This document shows positions 38,143 through 51,168 of a stretch of DNA of 64,000 nt, piece after piece; position 1 is the first letter of the stretch, and every line of letters begins with the position of its first letter. The position numbers and the translations under genes were made by a program. The notes beneath the pieces are model-generated. The model saw only the letters and a list, made by a program, of their open reading frames with translations. It was not told the DNA's origin and ran no database searches. The stretch is from positions 24,118,001 through 24,182,000 of the forward strand of contig NC_047063.1 of the NCBI RefSeq assembly GCF_902459465.1, given 5' to 3'. The stretch comes from Asterias rubens (taxonomy: Eukaryota).

Positions 38143-40440
38143 ACCTTGACTGGAGACTTTTGCAATGATGCTTCCATATTGGTCTTGTTCCCTGTGTGCA
38201 ACAATGACATATCAATGCTTATCATCTACAAAATTGGGGGCAGACTATTTCCATTTTGAAGGAAGAAGAACGCTGAGCACGACTTTCAGTATGTGCCCTG
38301 CTTTACGTGGACGCTGTGTATCAATTAACTATCGATACTACACGACACAAATGTAAAGCACATTGATTGCAGTTGAAACTGTCAATATTTGTTTAACTTA
38401 GTGGTCCGTCTACGTGACAGTAGCTAAATGGCAAGAGTTGCCACAAACACTTGTGACGTGATATTACTTTACTAAACATGCGCAAAAATACAATATAATA
38501 AACTGGGCAACATGTGTTTATAAAGTCAGGCATGATATTCCAACTGATGTTAAATTTTCCTGAGTTTTTTTTTCCCCAGAAAAATCAGCAAAATTGGTAT
38601 TACTCACACACTCACTCAGTCAACCCAAATTGTCCATTGCTGCACGTTAGAGACGGGTATTAAATAGCCTGTAAAATCTGTTAAAGGCAACGGACACTAT
38701 TGGTAATTACTCAAAATAATTGTTAGCAAAAAAAAACTTACTTGGTATCGAGCAATGGAGAGTTGTTGATAATGTAAAACATTGTGAGAGACGGTTTCTT
38801 CTTTAGTAACCTAGTTTTTTACATATTTTTACTTTTTTTGCTAATATCAATGTGGTCTCACAACTGATGTCTCATGACTCATTCAGTGTTGTCAAGGTTC
38901 ACTAGGTTACTCCATGGGGCAAAAATAATATGGCTGTGTTATGTTTTACTTTAGGCAAGAGAATTCCTCATACTTACAAGAGAGTTTCTCGTACTTTCTT
39001 TGTAAATTATTGTACAGATGTTAAGGCCTGAGAAGTGCTGGAATTAACTCGGGAAAAGGGAAAGTTCTAAGGAATCTGTTTTGTTTTCGTTTTCATTTCT
39101 GGGTTTTTTTAAATTTGGGGTTGAACAAGGAAAATTTACTAGAGTGGGACTCAAACCAAAAGACCTTTTGGAGTACCGAGTCGGCATTCTACCAACTGAG
39201 CTATCTTGTTTTTGTTTCGTTACTTTGTTTTTTTCGGGCACTATTTAGTGCTGTTTTAGCATGATGGTCTCCTTTGGTAGGCATCATTTCAAACTTGTTC
39301 TCATTATATTTTGTTAACATTATTTGTTCTCGTCAGATTTTGAACAACCAATTATGATTTATTTTTTCCAATTAAAAATTTTTCTTAAACTCCTTGAGCC
39401 TTTCAAATTATTTTGAACAGGTAAAGCAGTCACCTTATTCCTAAACCTCATATTTCTTTGAATAAGGTGTTTGATGTCGCCACCACTTGGCGGAAACCAT
39501 TAGACACACATGCATGACATGTTAGATTGTGCCACAATTATTTTAAAGAAATTTTACCACATTTTCAGACTGAATGCTATGTTTATTTACTTCTAAAGTT
39601 TAAAAATACTGTCCGCACAATATTATAACATTGCTTGCTACTGAGTCACAGTGTGACTTTATAGAGTGAAGATGAAAGACTTTAAGTCAATAAACTGTAT
39701 CTTTAGTACATTTATGAAATGAAAATAGATTATATAAGACTGGGCAGCCAAAGCCATTTGACAAAAAATTAATGTTGAAGACATCTCACCCCTGTGTAGT
39801 TTCTGGTCAGAACCAGTTTCCTTTCTTTAGTTATTTTGTTTGACAACCAGGGCTCAAATTAAGTACAGAGCTGTGAAAGTAAAAGTACATAACAATTTTG
39901 GCTGGTAATCTGTTTCTGCTAAGCAGTACTATTCTGCGCTTTGCAAGTGTTTGCCTACATGCAGGTAGTTTTGTTTTTAGTGAAGATATAAAAACAGATT
40001 ACAGGCTGATATTTATTTCAAATGCAAATCTACCCTTAATTGTGTTTTCTTGTAAAATATTTTGTTAATTTGTATTTCACAATAATTAAAACAAAAGTGA
40101 TGTTAAGAAAAACAAGTGATTTGTTCTTTCCAATCATGTATTTCTTAAAAAATTAATAAATAAATGCTGAATAATGTTCAGTTATATTGACCAAATAATT
40201 GGTTCTTTGTTTATTTTTGTAAAGATATAAACAACAAAATTATGACAACTGAGAATTTTACTCTAAAATAAAATAATTGTATTCAACATATATATCAATA
40301 TATAGCGCCCTCAGTTGACGAGTAAACACCAATAAAAACATGACAAAAAGTCGTCTACATCATTTGCACGCAGCAGGTTGAGTGAGGTCCGTAAAGTTGA
40401 TTCTTTCTAACTTCTAAACGTTCCCATTATTTGCATTAAA

Positions 40441-43400
40441 ATGAGTGGAGGACTTGCACCTAGTAAGACGACGTGTTATGTCTCAAATCTACCATTTTCA
40501 CTGACGAACAACGATCTGCATAAAGTGAGTGAAGATTAAAAAAAAATTGCTTTCATTTTGTGCTTTACTTTTCCCCTTAACCAGTAACGATATGGTTCTG
40601 AATACGATGCAATGTGGTGGCCAAAGAACTTAGTGTGTGTTGCGCAAGATAACGCATAAACCACTAACAATCATGCTATAGTCTACTACCTACTACTAGG
40701 TATGTGTGTAGAGGACAATGTTGAAAATATGTTATGGAGTTCAGTTGTACGTATATGAATATATATAAATATGATGGTTACATTTAATTTAAAACTTAAA
40801 TTTCTATCATTTATGATTTAGTCTTAAATTTTTTAGAATTAGACTAGAATTAGACTTATTTACTAATACTAGGTTAGTTAGACTAGAGTAGTTGCGATAA
40901 TTGTAATCCTCCCCCACTGACGGCAGCGGAGGGAGGAGGGTTACGATTATTGAAACTTATTCTGAGTCGTAGTTGCTTGCCCCGCCCTAGCCCCACTTGT
41001 GTGGCCAAGATTCAGCTATCCTTGGCCACACAAGTGGGGCTAGCCCGGCCCATGCACACTACATGCATTGTCCAGGTGGATATCATGTCGGCTGAACTGA
41101 AGGTGGATATATTCAGGTTTGCTGCCAGCAAACTTAAACCTAATGTAGTTGCACATCTGATAATAATACTATAGTGGCGAGCCAATGGCAAGAGGTTGTT
41201 TTGCACATTTACTGAGTTTTGGAGGAAAACAACCTCAAAAGACCTGTAGTGACTTTAGGGGTGTCGGAACATAGGAGTGTCGGAATATAGGGGTTTCGGA
41301 ACATAGGGGTGTCGGAAAATATGTTCAATTGTCGGAACATAGGGGTGTCGTAATATAGGGGTGTCAGAACATAGGGGTGTCGGAATATAGGCCGAGTTGT
41401 CGGAACATATGTGTCGGAAAATAGGGGTGTCGGAATATAGGTGTGTAACTAAAGTGATCAGCATAAAAACTGAAACTAGTAAACGTCTCTGTTTTGTTGT
41501 CTTTGATGTTATCACAATAAGGTTTTTTTGCCAATAGCAAAATATCAAGAGAGGGCGCTGTTGAACCTACACAAAGGTATTGCGTGTGCGAGTCGTAGAA
41601 ACTGCATAGAAACCGCCCCATATTCCTTCCCACAACGCATTGCGGTGCTGAATCGCGATAAACCTTATTAGGGGTCATTTGGGGTAGGGTATTTTATTAC
41701 ATTAGTCACTTTTTTGCATTTTGGTTGTTGGTAAAAATATCTTTCTTTGGTTCCTTTTTATTTCAGATCTTTGAAAAATATGGCAAAGTTGTGAAGTAAG
41801 TAAAGTACCTAATGACAATTTACACTGTGCATTGAATCAGTAACATTACTTAGTGTTTTATTATAATGTACTGTACTCAAGTTTCAAGGTTCGATCGGAA
41901 CCTGAGCACGATTTGGGTCATCGAGTTGGCGTAGTGGTATCTTCCCTCGCTTCCACCTCTGGGACGCTGGTTTGCATTCAGTGAGGGCACTTATGAGGAA
42001 AATTGGGTTTCCCTGCCCTTCCTTGTCTTCTCTTCATTGTGTTATTGGCTAGTACTCAACAGTGATAAGGTCCCCTTTCTGAGAATTCTAGGCTTCCCAA
42101 CCATATTCATGTACATTTAAATGAAAAATTTACTTGTTTTTGAACTGAGCTACCTTCCGATGTTCCCTAATCCCTCCATTTAAACAGTAGTGTTTTGTAG
42201 GTTCCTTCGTAATACAAAATAAAACCTAGATAAGAATGTGGTTCTTAGTACAACTTACTTGAGTATTTTAAGATTTGTTCTTGTTGGATGAAAACTAACA
42301 ACAAACTACAGTGTAGTCATTGCAAACTGGCTATTTTCAGAAATTCCCAAGTAAAGAACGAACACACATTCCGTCTTATGTACGTCAGCATTCAACTCAC
42401 AAGTTATTGATATGAATTTCTCCCACCTGTTGCAGGGTGACCATTTCAAAGGACAAGGAGACAAGGAGGAGTACAGGCGTGGCATTTGTTTTATTCCTTC
42501 AAAAAGATTCCTGTTTCAAGGCAATCAAGGGTCTTAACGGTAGAGAGGTAAGTATTAAGCTTGGGCGATATCGATTTATTTTATTCACGATATATCGCCG
42601 ACAATATATCGCGATATTCGATATAATCGCGATTAATTAAATTTGACATCATCAGTCTTCAAACTCCCAGTGAAAGTTGTAGAAGATACAGTCATAGCAT
42701 AAGAGAGGTGTTCTAATGACCTATTTTTTTGGTTTTACTCCAAACCTATGGGTTGCAAGATGTCTCAGCTAGGAAATACATCGCGATATTGCGATACTTG
42801 ATTGATATCGCGATATATCGCGATATATCGATATTTCGATTAAAACCAATTCGATCCGATATCGAAATCGTTTCCAAATTAATATCACGATATTCGATAA
42901 TATCGTGGTATCGCCCAAGTTTAGCAAGTATACTATAATATGGACTGGCATTGCTAATCATTCAATGGATGACATTTAACGGTCGGACAGCTGCAGCCGA
43001 TTTCACGAAACTTTACGCAACTGCGTAAGTCCAACTCGGATTTACGTAGTTTGGTAAAGTTTCGTGAAATCAGCTGCAGGAGGCTTAAAAAGTTATTTGA
43101 AAGTTCACTTAATAAAACAAAGTACCCATCAGTCACAGAAATATGTTTATGCTTTTGGGTTTTATTAGTCAACAAGTTTTGATTCAGTAACTCTCTCATC
43201 CAAAATATTCAAATTATCAGTCATTCACTTTGAGATATTTTATTATGTATTTTTGTAGCTGTTTGGAAGAAAGTGGAAGGTATCCATAGCAGCAGACAAT
43301 GGACGAGCGGCAGAATTCATCAAAAAGAAGAATTATCCAGACAAAACGAGATGCTATGAATGTGGTGTGAGTAAAAGCATTGTAATATTACGATGCTCCA

Positions 43401-46400
43401 TATGTGGTTCAGCCTCCGTTGTCTCATTTGGAAACACTACTACAATACAAATACAGCCTGTATCATTTAGATCAGATCATTTTGGGGGGTGTTCAAATGA
43501 ACGGCTTGTGCAGTGGATGTCCTTTGATAGATCACTGCGTCACACAAGTGCGTATCCGCTGCATGCCCAAGGTTTTCACTACTCTCGGCTTCAAAGCTGG
43601 CATACAAGGTGGCAGAACCAGACATTTTCATTCAGGGGGGAGGGGGCAGAAGCAAATACTTAATTTAGGGTGCTGTTAAAATTATCAAAAGAAAATATAA
43701 AATAGTTCATAATGTCAGACTGTTAAAAGGTATTTATTTCACTTTTAAAATCAAAATATGCAGGAGTTTGGTCACCTGAGTTACAACTGCCCTAAGAACT
43801 CCCTCGGTGACAGGGAACCCCCCAAGAAGAAAGAGAAGAAGAAGAGGAAACGGGAGGATGAGATAGAGGAGGAGTACAAAGATTCAGAGTAAGATTTTCC
43901 CTCTCCCCCCTTTATTCCCTACCTTCTATCTGTTCTTTGTCTATAATTCCTTCTCATCTGTCTCCTTCTCCTTCTTGGTCTACATTCTTCTCCTTCTTTG
44001 TCTACAGCTAGGCCTTCTTCCCTTCTTTTCGCTAAATGTTCTCCTTCATCTCCTGGTCTACTCGATCATCCCCTCCCCTGCCTAGCCTTCTCCTCCGTCT
44101 CTCCTCCCCTTCTTGGTCTGTAGCTATAGAGAAAAGGCTTCAGACGAAGAAAGAGGAGATGTGAGAAAGATGTAGACAAAGAAAGAAAGGAGATTAAGGA
44201 AAATGCTAGGAGACGGAGGAGAGAAGGTTATAGCGAAGAAGGAAAAAAGAGGGGAAGGGGCTCCCCTTCTATGTCTTCCCTTCTCTCTCCCCTTCCCTTC
44301 TTCGTCTATTACCTTTTTCTCTCATACAGGTCTTACTGTTTGAAATGCTCCTTCTTTCCTTACATCAGGTTTCCAATTTGTCCCTATTTGAGAATCATTT
44401 AAGTCATTATTTATTTAACGTTAAAGAGGTTCTTGTCTGTGTTCAATGATTTTGTCCATTTTGGCCAGTACTTCCAACTTCATACATTGTGTTTCTTAAT
44501 ATATATAATAACTATCGATTTTATCCTTCAATGGCAACTTATGTCCAAGTACTTCCAATGCTTACACTGTGTTTCTTTGTTTGCATTTGTTCTGCTCAAT
44601 GACTTTTTTAACACATTTTAAAATGTCTGCTATTGTTGTTTAAGTGTTGTTGCTTTATTATTGTTGTGGCTGTTCAATATTCTCAGTCAAAATAGTTGGC
44701 ATAAAATAGTTTCTGATGCTAACATCAATTACTATAAAAAGCATAGATAATGGTTTATACATTATTAATGTATAAACCATTATTTATCATCTTCTTTTCA
44801 ATTGTTTTAAAGATATATTGTAATCACTTGTTTACTTTCAGACTTGCCATACCAGGACACCAATCTGCCAATGTCAGCTTCTCTTTTGCAGGCTTATCTT
44901 GTCCTCTGTATTTCTCCTTCAATACAATTTATATCCGTATCTCTTTTTCAGGATGTACACTAGACTTATCTGTAATTCCTCTAGGTACTCTTGATGTTAT
45001 CCATTGTAAAATAAGTTACACTGGTTACCGTCTCGATAAAGAACAAGAGCTTTAAAAAGCTCTTTTATTATTTTATTAAGTTAAGAAGCCATTCATGGTT
45101 TAGCAACAAGATCTCATAACCCGAAATCACTCAAACAACTTACCGTCTCAGGAGTTTGCAATACCACACATTGTTGTCTTACCCAATCAGAAAAAAAATC
45201 AAGCATGTTGTGTTAGCTGCTCCAAAACTATGGCATAATCTACCTCCTTGTGTTTAGTAATCATATTCACTTGAATGAAGTTCTGTTTGTGTATTTGTAT
45301 TTCTTTCTCTGCATTTATTTACTTCTTGAAATGCGCAATAGAGTATGTTACTGAATATAAATGTCTGTTGTTATTATTTCTTCTGATGAAATACCCAAAG
45401 TCAGAAAAACACTATATATAAAGGTTGAGTAGTTACATTGCTGTATTTTGTAGATAAGCATGACACATCTCTTTAGAGAAGCATTTTTAACTTAAATGTT
45501 ATTTTCAATTATCTTGTTGCCCTTACTGTTTTACAGCATAGTTGTGGTTTTTATTGGATGGTTCTAACAGTTACTGGTTTCATCTTAAATATTTTTCTGT
45601 TGTGAATCTTAGAGTAACTTTTTCAGGATCTTTATATTGTACCAGGTTTTTACTGTTGTGTTTGATTGCTTTGATATATCTGTATACTTTTACGTTTATT
45701 GTTTTTAGGATCAGATTTTGTGGATCTTACTTTTGCCCTTTTAATGATTTTACTTTTGTGGTTTTACAGTGTATGTTTTAGTTTTTTTTTGTTTTAACGA
45801 AAAGTGCCTGGTAGCATTTTTAAATTTAGATTATATAAATGTATTTTATAATTTAAATTCCTCTTTTAAATTGGCTAGATCGGTTATAATTGCTTGGAAT
45901 ACAAACAAAACTTAAAAGTAAGTTGAGTAATTTGAAATATTATGAATGATGCATTTGTGCACAAATGCAATCATGACTAGTACTTTATTATTGTCATCAT
46001 TTTGGGCAATACTCGTTCGTAATATTTATTTGTTGACTTTTGTTTCCTCCAGGGAGGAGGAATCTGAGGGAGAGGATCCAGCACTAGAGAGCCTTGGAGC
46101 AGCCATCAGCTTCCAGGTCAGACCCTTGAAGAAACACTGTACATGATTAATAATAACAGTCTTGCAAGACTGGGTCCCTGTCTTTATCCGCAAGGATAAA
46201 GACAGGTACCTACTTCTTTTATAAGGGAATGCTGTGCGCGTCGCGCACATAGCGTGATGTGGCACACATCGTGTGATGTGGCACAACTGTCCCGGCCATT
46301 GCTCTCGACCAATAGGAATTAAGAAACTCTCTGATAAGCACAGGTGCAAGCTTGCGTGTCACGCCCATGTTTCAACACGTTAACAAAGGTTTATAAACAC

Positions 46401-47899
46401 CCACGTGACGCCCTCTCCACCAATAGGAATAGCGAAACTGTCCGAGGTATTTATGTATAAGAAACAATTTTCAGTAGCCTATCACCCCTTTGTGTGTAAT
46501 TTTACCCCAAATCATCTAGTCTACCAGTCAGAGGTATTATCTTATGCCAGACACTTTTTTTCTGAGAAGACCTTTGAAATTTGCATTCTGCAGATTTCAT
46601 CTTTTTTCTTTTCCTTTTTTTATGTCATCATCTTCATCTTTTGTTATTAAAATTTCAGTGCAGTTTTTTATTTTGTATTTATCGTTTGATGTTTCTTAGG
46701 CGTTAGACAGGAACAAGAAAATTGTCACGACTGTATAATCAAGAATTAGACAATCAATGTCTTTGTTTTATTTCAAAATGTACATTTGCTGTGGATGTAA
46801 AAAAGAACTTCCTTTGCAAATTTAAGAAATATAAAAATACAAACAATTTTATATTTTGCTGTTTGCTCTTCTGAAGAACTTGGTACGATTTTAGCTTTAG
46901 ATCATCAGTTTGAAATATTCATAAGAAAAAGACATGCTGTAACAACCATTAATTTTATACAACTCTATTGGGAGAAGTTTTGGTTCTGAGAACTCCCAGT
47001 GTGGTCTTGTGGTGTTGAAAAGTATACTCATTACGTGCCGACCAACTTAACTTCTTGAAACCATGTTCCTGCTATTATGGTGCATGTATAATCCATACTT
47101 AAATGGATTGAAACACACACTGGGCAGTTTGGGACCGCAACCAATTATGCTAGCTCATTAAAACTGGAGTCAACTGTACAATGAGAAAGATAAACTTGCT
47201 GCAACAGGACGCTGTGGCAAACACTCTTCACAGAATCATTTCACAGGACGCTGTGGCATACACTCTTCACAGAATCATTTAACAGGACGCTGTGGCATAC
47301 ACTCTTCACAGAATCATTTAACAGGACGCTGTGGCATACACTCTTCACAGAATCATTTAACAGGACGCTTTGGCATACACTCTTCACAGAATCATTTAAC
47401 AGGACGCTGTGGCATACACTCTTCACAGAATCATTTAACAGGACGCTGTGGCATACACTCTTCACAGAATCATTTATCAGGACGCTGTGGCATACACTCT
47501 TCACAGAATCATTTATCAGGACGCTGTGGCATACACTCTTCACAGAATCATTTAACAGGATGCTGTGGCATACACTCTTCACAGAATCATTTATCAGGAC
47601 GCTGTGGCATACACTCTTCACAAAATCATTTCACACTCTACACAGTGGCATTTAAAATGAGTTCATTTTCTCCACGGAAACATGATACAAAATAAGTTTC
47701 TCACTTGTACATTTCTTATCTCCGCTTCTAATAGAGGGCGAAAGAAGAGGAAGATGTCTACAGAGACACTGTGGCACGAGGAGCCTACAATGAGTTTGCC
47801 TCATTCTCCTCTTCATCAGTCCAAGGACCTCCCTCAAAGAAGCTCAAATTGAAGCAGAGCTCCTACTTCAGTGATGAGGAGGAAATTGACGGGGACTGA
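40441..47899 (+). CDS. ZCRB1: U11/U12 di-snRNP 31 kDa protein (RRM plus CCHC zinc knuckle), 7 coding exons, 228 aa
   Basis: Exons 40441-40524, 41767-41795, 42436-42547, 43259-43366, 43764-43888, 46053-46116 and 47735-47899; phases consistent. Motifs [60 protein letters not shown] and C-terminal SYFSDEEE. Confidence 0.96.
41256..41443. repeat. 17-bp minisatellite TAGGGGTGTCGGAACAT, about 11 degenerate copies
   Basis: Directly visible in ZCRB1 intron 1. Confidence 0.85.
42556..42923. mobile_element. hAT-like MITE with 8-bp target-site duplication at the ZCRB1 intron 3 donor
   Basis: TIRs TAAGCTTGGGCGATAT / GTATCGCCCAAGTTTA; ATCG-rich subterminal repeats; flanks GTAAGTAT (42548-42555) and GCAAGTAT (42924-42931). 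Confidence 0.8.
45060..45370 (+). mobile_element. Highly degenerate L2-like 3' end, ZCRB1 intron 5
   Basis: gctgctccaaaactatggcataatctacct ([10 protein letters not shown]) and a tail with gcgcaatagagtat...gttgttattatt. Confidence 0.5.
47205..47632. repeat. 39-bp minisatellite, about 11 copies, ZCRB1 intron 6
   Basis: Unit CAGGACGCTGTGGCATACACTCTTCACAGAATCATTTAA; explains the 13-aa periodic ORF 47241-47621. Confidence 0.95.
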
Positions 47900-48191
47900 G
47901 TCGGCTTTGAGGGGATACTTCTCTCCTAAGTGGTCATACATTGACGTTGATATCGAAGTCAACAGCTTTTAGACCCCGATGGATAAACCGCAAGAACTTG
48001 AAGTCGATGCTCTAAAGTACTCCGCCATGACACTCCAATTGTATCCTCAGTTGGTCATATCCAAAGTGTGATATGAAAGAGGTACAACCTCGGAGGTACA
48101 ACCTCGGAGGGTCAACCTGTCGCAGTCAGGCTAGTCACAGTGAGTCCTCAGCAGTACAAGGCTCAAGTTCTGGAGGTTCCTGGTCGGTAGA

Positions 48192-50478
48192 TCATATGTC
48201 CTGGTAGAGCAACTCGTACTGTGTGATGTTTTGGGGATCAATGGGGGAGGTGACCATGACCTTTCCCTTCATAGCTCCACGGTAGATGACCTCGACAAGA
48301 TCGATGAAGTCTTGCTTCGTCTTAAAGCTCCCAATAAACTTTGTGTGATCAGGAGTCCTGAAATTAGAATTTTAAACAGTTTTTGTTGGGTTTTTTTAAG
48401 TATAAAAACTACAGTCAATTCTTAGCTTTTCAAGTTTACTTGTTTGAATCCAGGCCTCGGCTCCAAGAGCGAAGTTATTTTGAGACAGGCTTGTGACTTT
48501 ATGTAAACCAAATAGCTTGGATAAGGGTTGTGTCACAGTTTGGTTGGACAAAACCTCCAACACAACCCTGTGAACAACAAATTTTAGGATCACACATACA
48601 AAATAAACTGCAATTTGTACAATTGGTTCAATGTTTTATGTCTTCTTTATCTTGTTATTTTTTAGTGTGTACAGCCAAGGCAAAATTTCATAGAGCTGCT
48701 TAAGTTGCTTAAACATTTTCTGCTTAGCACAAATCAGCAAGAAACCAGTCATAAATTGTACATGTGGCATGGTATTTGGGTTGGTAACCCTGCTCTGGTA
48801 AGCACTCTGCTTAGCTACTTGTGTTTAAGCAGCTCTATGAAATCGGGCCCTTGGGAAGATTTCAAAAAGAGGTTAGACTGGTCTTATCTCAAGTACGGGC
48901 GAGTTACTCGTCCTAACTTAGGACTTGCCTTAAAAGTAGTCCTAAGTTAGGAATTCAACCCCAGTTCACTTTGGAAGTTGATTTAAACTTTATGCATACC
49001 CATAGTCCACCTTCATGTGTTGTCCATTGAAGAAGAAAACAGTTGCTGGTATAAGTGTGATGTCAAAGTATTGCAAATAGATTGGCACACTGTCTGCGTC
49101 AACGCAGTAGATGGCAGCCATCTTGGACAGATCATGGGCAGTCTTGGCAAGCTGTTTGGGAAAAATATTATTTGACTTGATCAAATTTATGTTTGTCTAT
49201 TAATACCATTATTATGTTGCATAATTTATTAAGTTTTGATTGACAAAGTTATCCTGGGTCAAGTTGATTGACAAAGTAATCTCAGGTCAAGTTAGCAAGA
49301 CAAGTCCAGTGGTATTGTGTTTTTTTTTTTTCTTTCTTAATTAAACATCTTTGTCTCAAAAGAATGATGATCAAATGTTGAGTCTCACAAATATCGCCCA
49401 TTAAACAGACAGAAGAGATCAATCTTCTCTTGGGGTTTTGTTTAAAGGCAGTGGACACTATTGGTAAGTACTCAAAATAATTATTAGCATAAAACCGTAC
49501 ATGGTAAAGAGTAATGGGGATAGGTTGATAGTATAAAACATTGTGAGAAATGGCTCCTTCGGTAGTGATGTAGTTTTCGAGAAAGAAGTAATTTTCCACG
49601 AATTTGATTTAGAATTTGAGGTCTCGAAATCAAGCATCTGAAAGCACACAACTTTGTGTGACAAGGGTGTTTTTTCTTCATAGTTATCTCGCAACTTAGA
49701 CGACTAATTGAGCTGAAATTTTCACAGGTTGGCTATTTTATGCATATGTTGAGATACACCAAGTGAGAAGACTGGTCTTTGATAATTACCAATAGTGTCC
49801 ACTGTCTTTAAAGGAAAAGGGTTATAAAAATGTTTTCTCGTTTTGATTCTAGTCTCTGGTATTTTGATTCTAGTCTCTTCTCATTTTGATTCTAGTCTCT
49901 TCTCATTTTGATTCTAGTCTCTTCTCATTTTGATTCTAGTCTCTTCTCATTTTGATCCTAGTCTCTTCTCATTTTGATTCTAGTCTCATCTCATTTTGAT
50001 TCTAGTCTCTTCTCAGTTTGATTCTAGTCTCTTCTCATTGTGATTCTAGTCTCTTCTCATTTTGATTCTAGTCTTGTAAATAGAATCCAGGTCCAGTAAA
50101 GATTCTTAGTTACAAGTCTTGCAGTCTTGCGTGTGACCTCAGCTTACCTGTAGCAGTTATGCAAGGGGGAGCTATTGACTTCTTACACAATATAGAACAC
50201 GCCTCCAAACTGCGCGTAATTTTTGGTGTCAACTTGCTTTTGTGCATGTTTGTATACGATTTTGAAACCAAAAATTACACCCAGGATAGGCACATACGCT
50301 GTGCGTATTGCAAGGGGTCTTTATAACCACAAGCCTGTTTACTTACAATTTCATCGAGCTGAAGGCATGTTAGATCGGTATTGCGTCCAAACCGAAGGAC
50401 AAGGACCAAGTCTTGTGTCGTCTTAATTACTTGATCTATCTCCTTCTTACTTGCCAGCTTGGGAAGGAGGAAACTCAT
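48192..50478 (-). CDS. TXNL4B: Thioredoxin-like protein 4B (DIM2), 3 coding exons, 149 aa
   Basis: Exons 50478-50347, 49151-49000 and 48357-48192. MSFLLPKL..., [38 protein letters not shown] and C-terminal LLYQDI are DIM2-type rather than DIM1-type (MSYMLPHL). Confidence 0.95.
49442..49811. mobile_element. Family A Kolobok-like MITE, full copy in TXNL4B intron 1
   Basis: TTAAAGGCAGTGGACACTATTGG ... CCAATAGTGTCCACTGTCTTTAA; interior similar to 21963-22386. Confidence 0.8.
49842..50074. repeat. 22-bp minisatellite, about 10 copies, TXNL4B intron 1
   Basis: Unit CATTTTGATTCTAGTCTCTTCT. Confidence 0.95.
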
Positions 50479-50599
50479 CCTGACTGTCTCATCCTTATCA
50501 AATTATGTCTTCAAACTGTAAAACAAAGAAAATGCTGAATTTAGTTTTAGTCATAATACCCCTAAAACTAATAGTACTCTCTAGTCCAAGAGATTATGA

Positions 50600-51030
50600 A
50601 GTTTGTTTCGCTATCGTCTCAAATAGGGGAACAACCCTCGTCGTTGTAATCATTATTATGGAACAAACTTTGTAGTTGTAGACGATATAACAGAACAAAC
50701 CTTGTGTCGTAGTTGTAAAATATCGCGGAACAAACCTTGTATTGTAGTTGTAGACAATCATTATTATTATGGAACTAACTTTGCAGTTGTAGATGATATT
50801 TAGCGGAACAAACCTTGTATTTGTAAACCATAAAGTGGAACAAACTTCGTAGTTTTGTAGATGGTATAGCGGAAAACCTTGTAGTTGTAGACAAAATTTT
50901 ATAATTATGGACGGAACAAACTTCGCAGTTGTACTTGTACGTAGATTATGTAGTTGATTGATAGTGGAACAAACCTCATCAATATTGTTATCATGCATAC
51001 AAAAAAGTTGTGAACAATATAGCGGAACGA
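50600..51030. repeat. Degenerate minisatellite built on GGAACAAACCTTGTAGTTGTAGA
   Basis: About 10 diverged recurrences of GAACAAAC and GTAGTTGTAG. Confidence 0.7.
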
Positions 51031-51168
51031 CCTTCAGTTCCACCCCCCCCCCCCCTCCTTATCTAGAAACCAATACCTAAATGAAAAGATATTTACAATT
51101 CTATGGCTGAATCACACCTCCATGATCACAGTGGGTGAACTTTTTCTCTACCGTACCTGTGAAGGGGG

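Noticed and set aside
41915-42110. tRNA-like sequence (also near 14700, 20100, 36520 and 39150)
   Set aside because: A/B-box remnants without a complete cloverleaf, continuing into repeat bodies: SINE heads, not tRNA genes.
47241-47621. 126-aa periodic ORF (also 15264-15609, 41255-41548 and 50594-51043)
   Set aside because: Translation artefacts of stop-free minisatellites.
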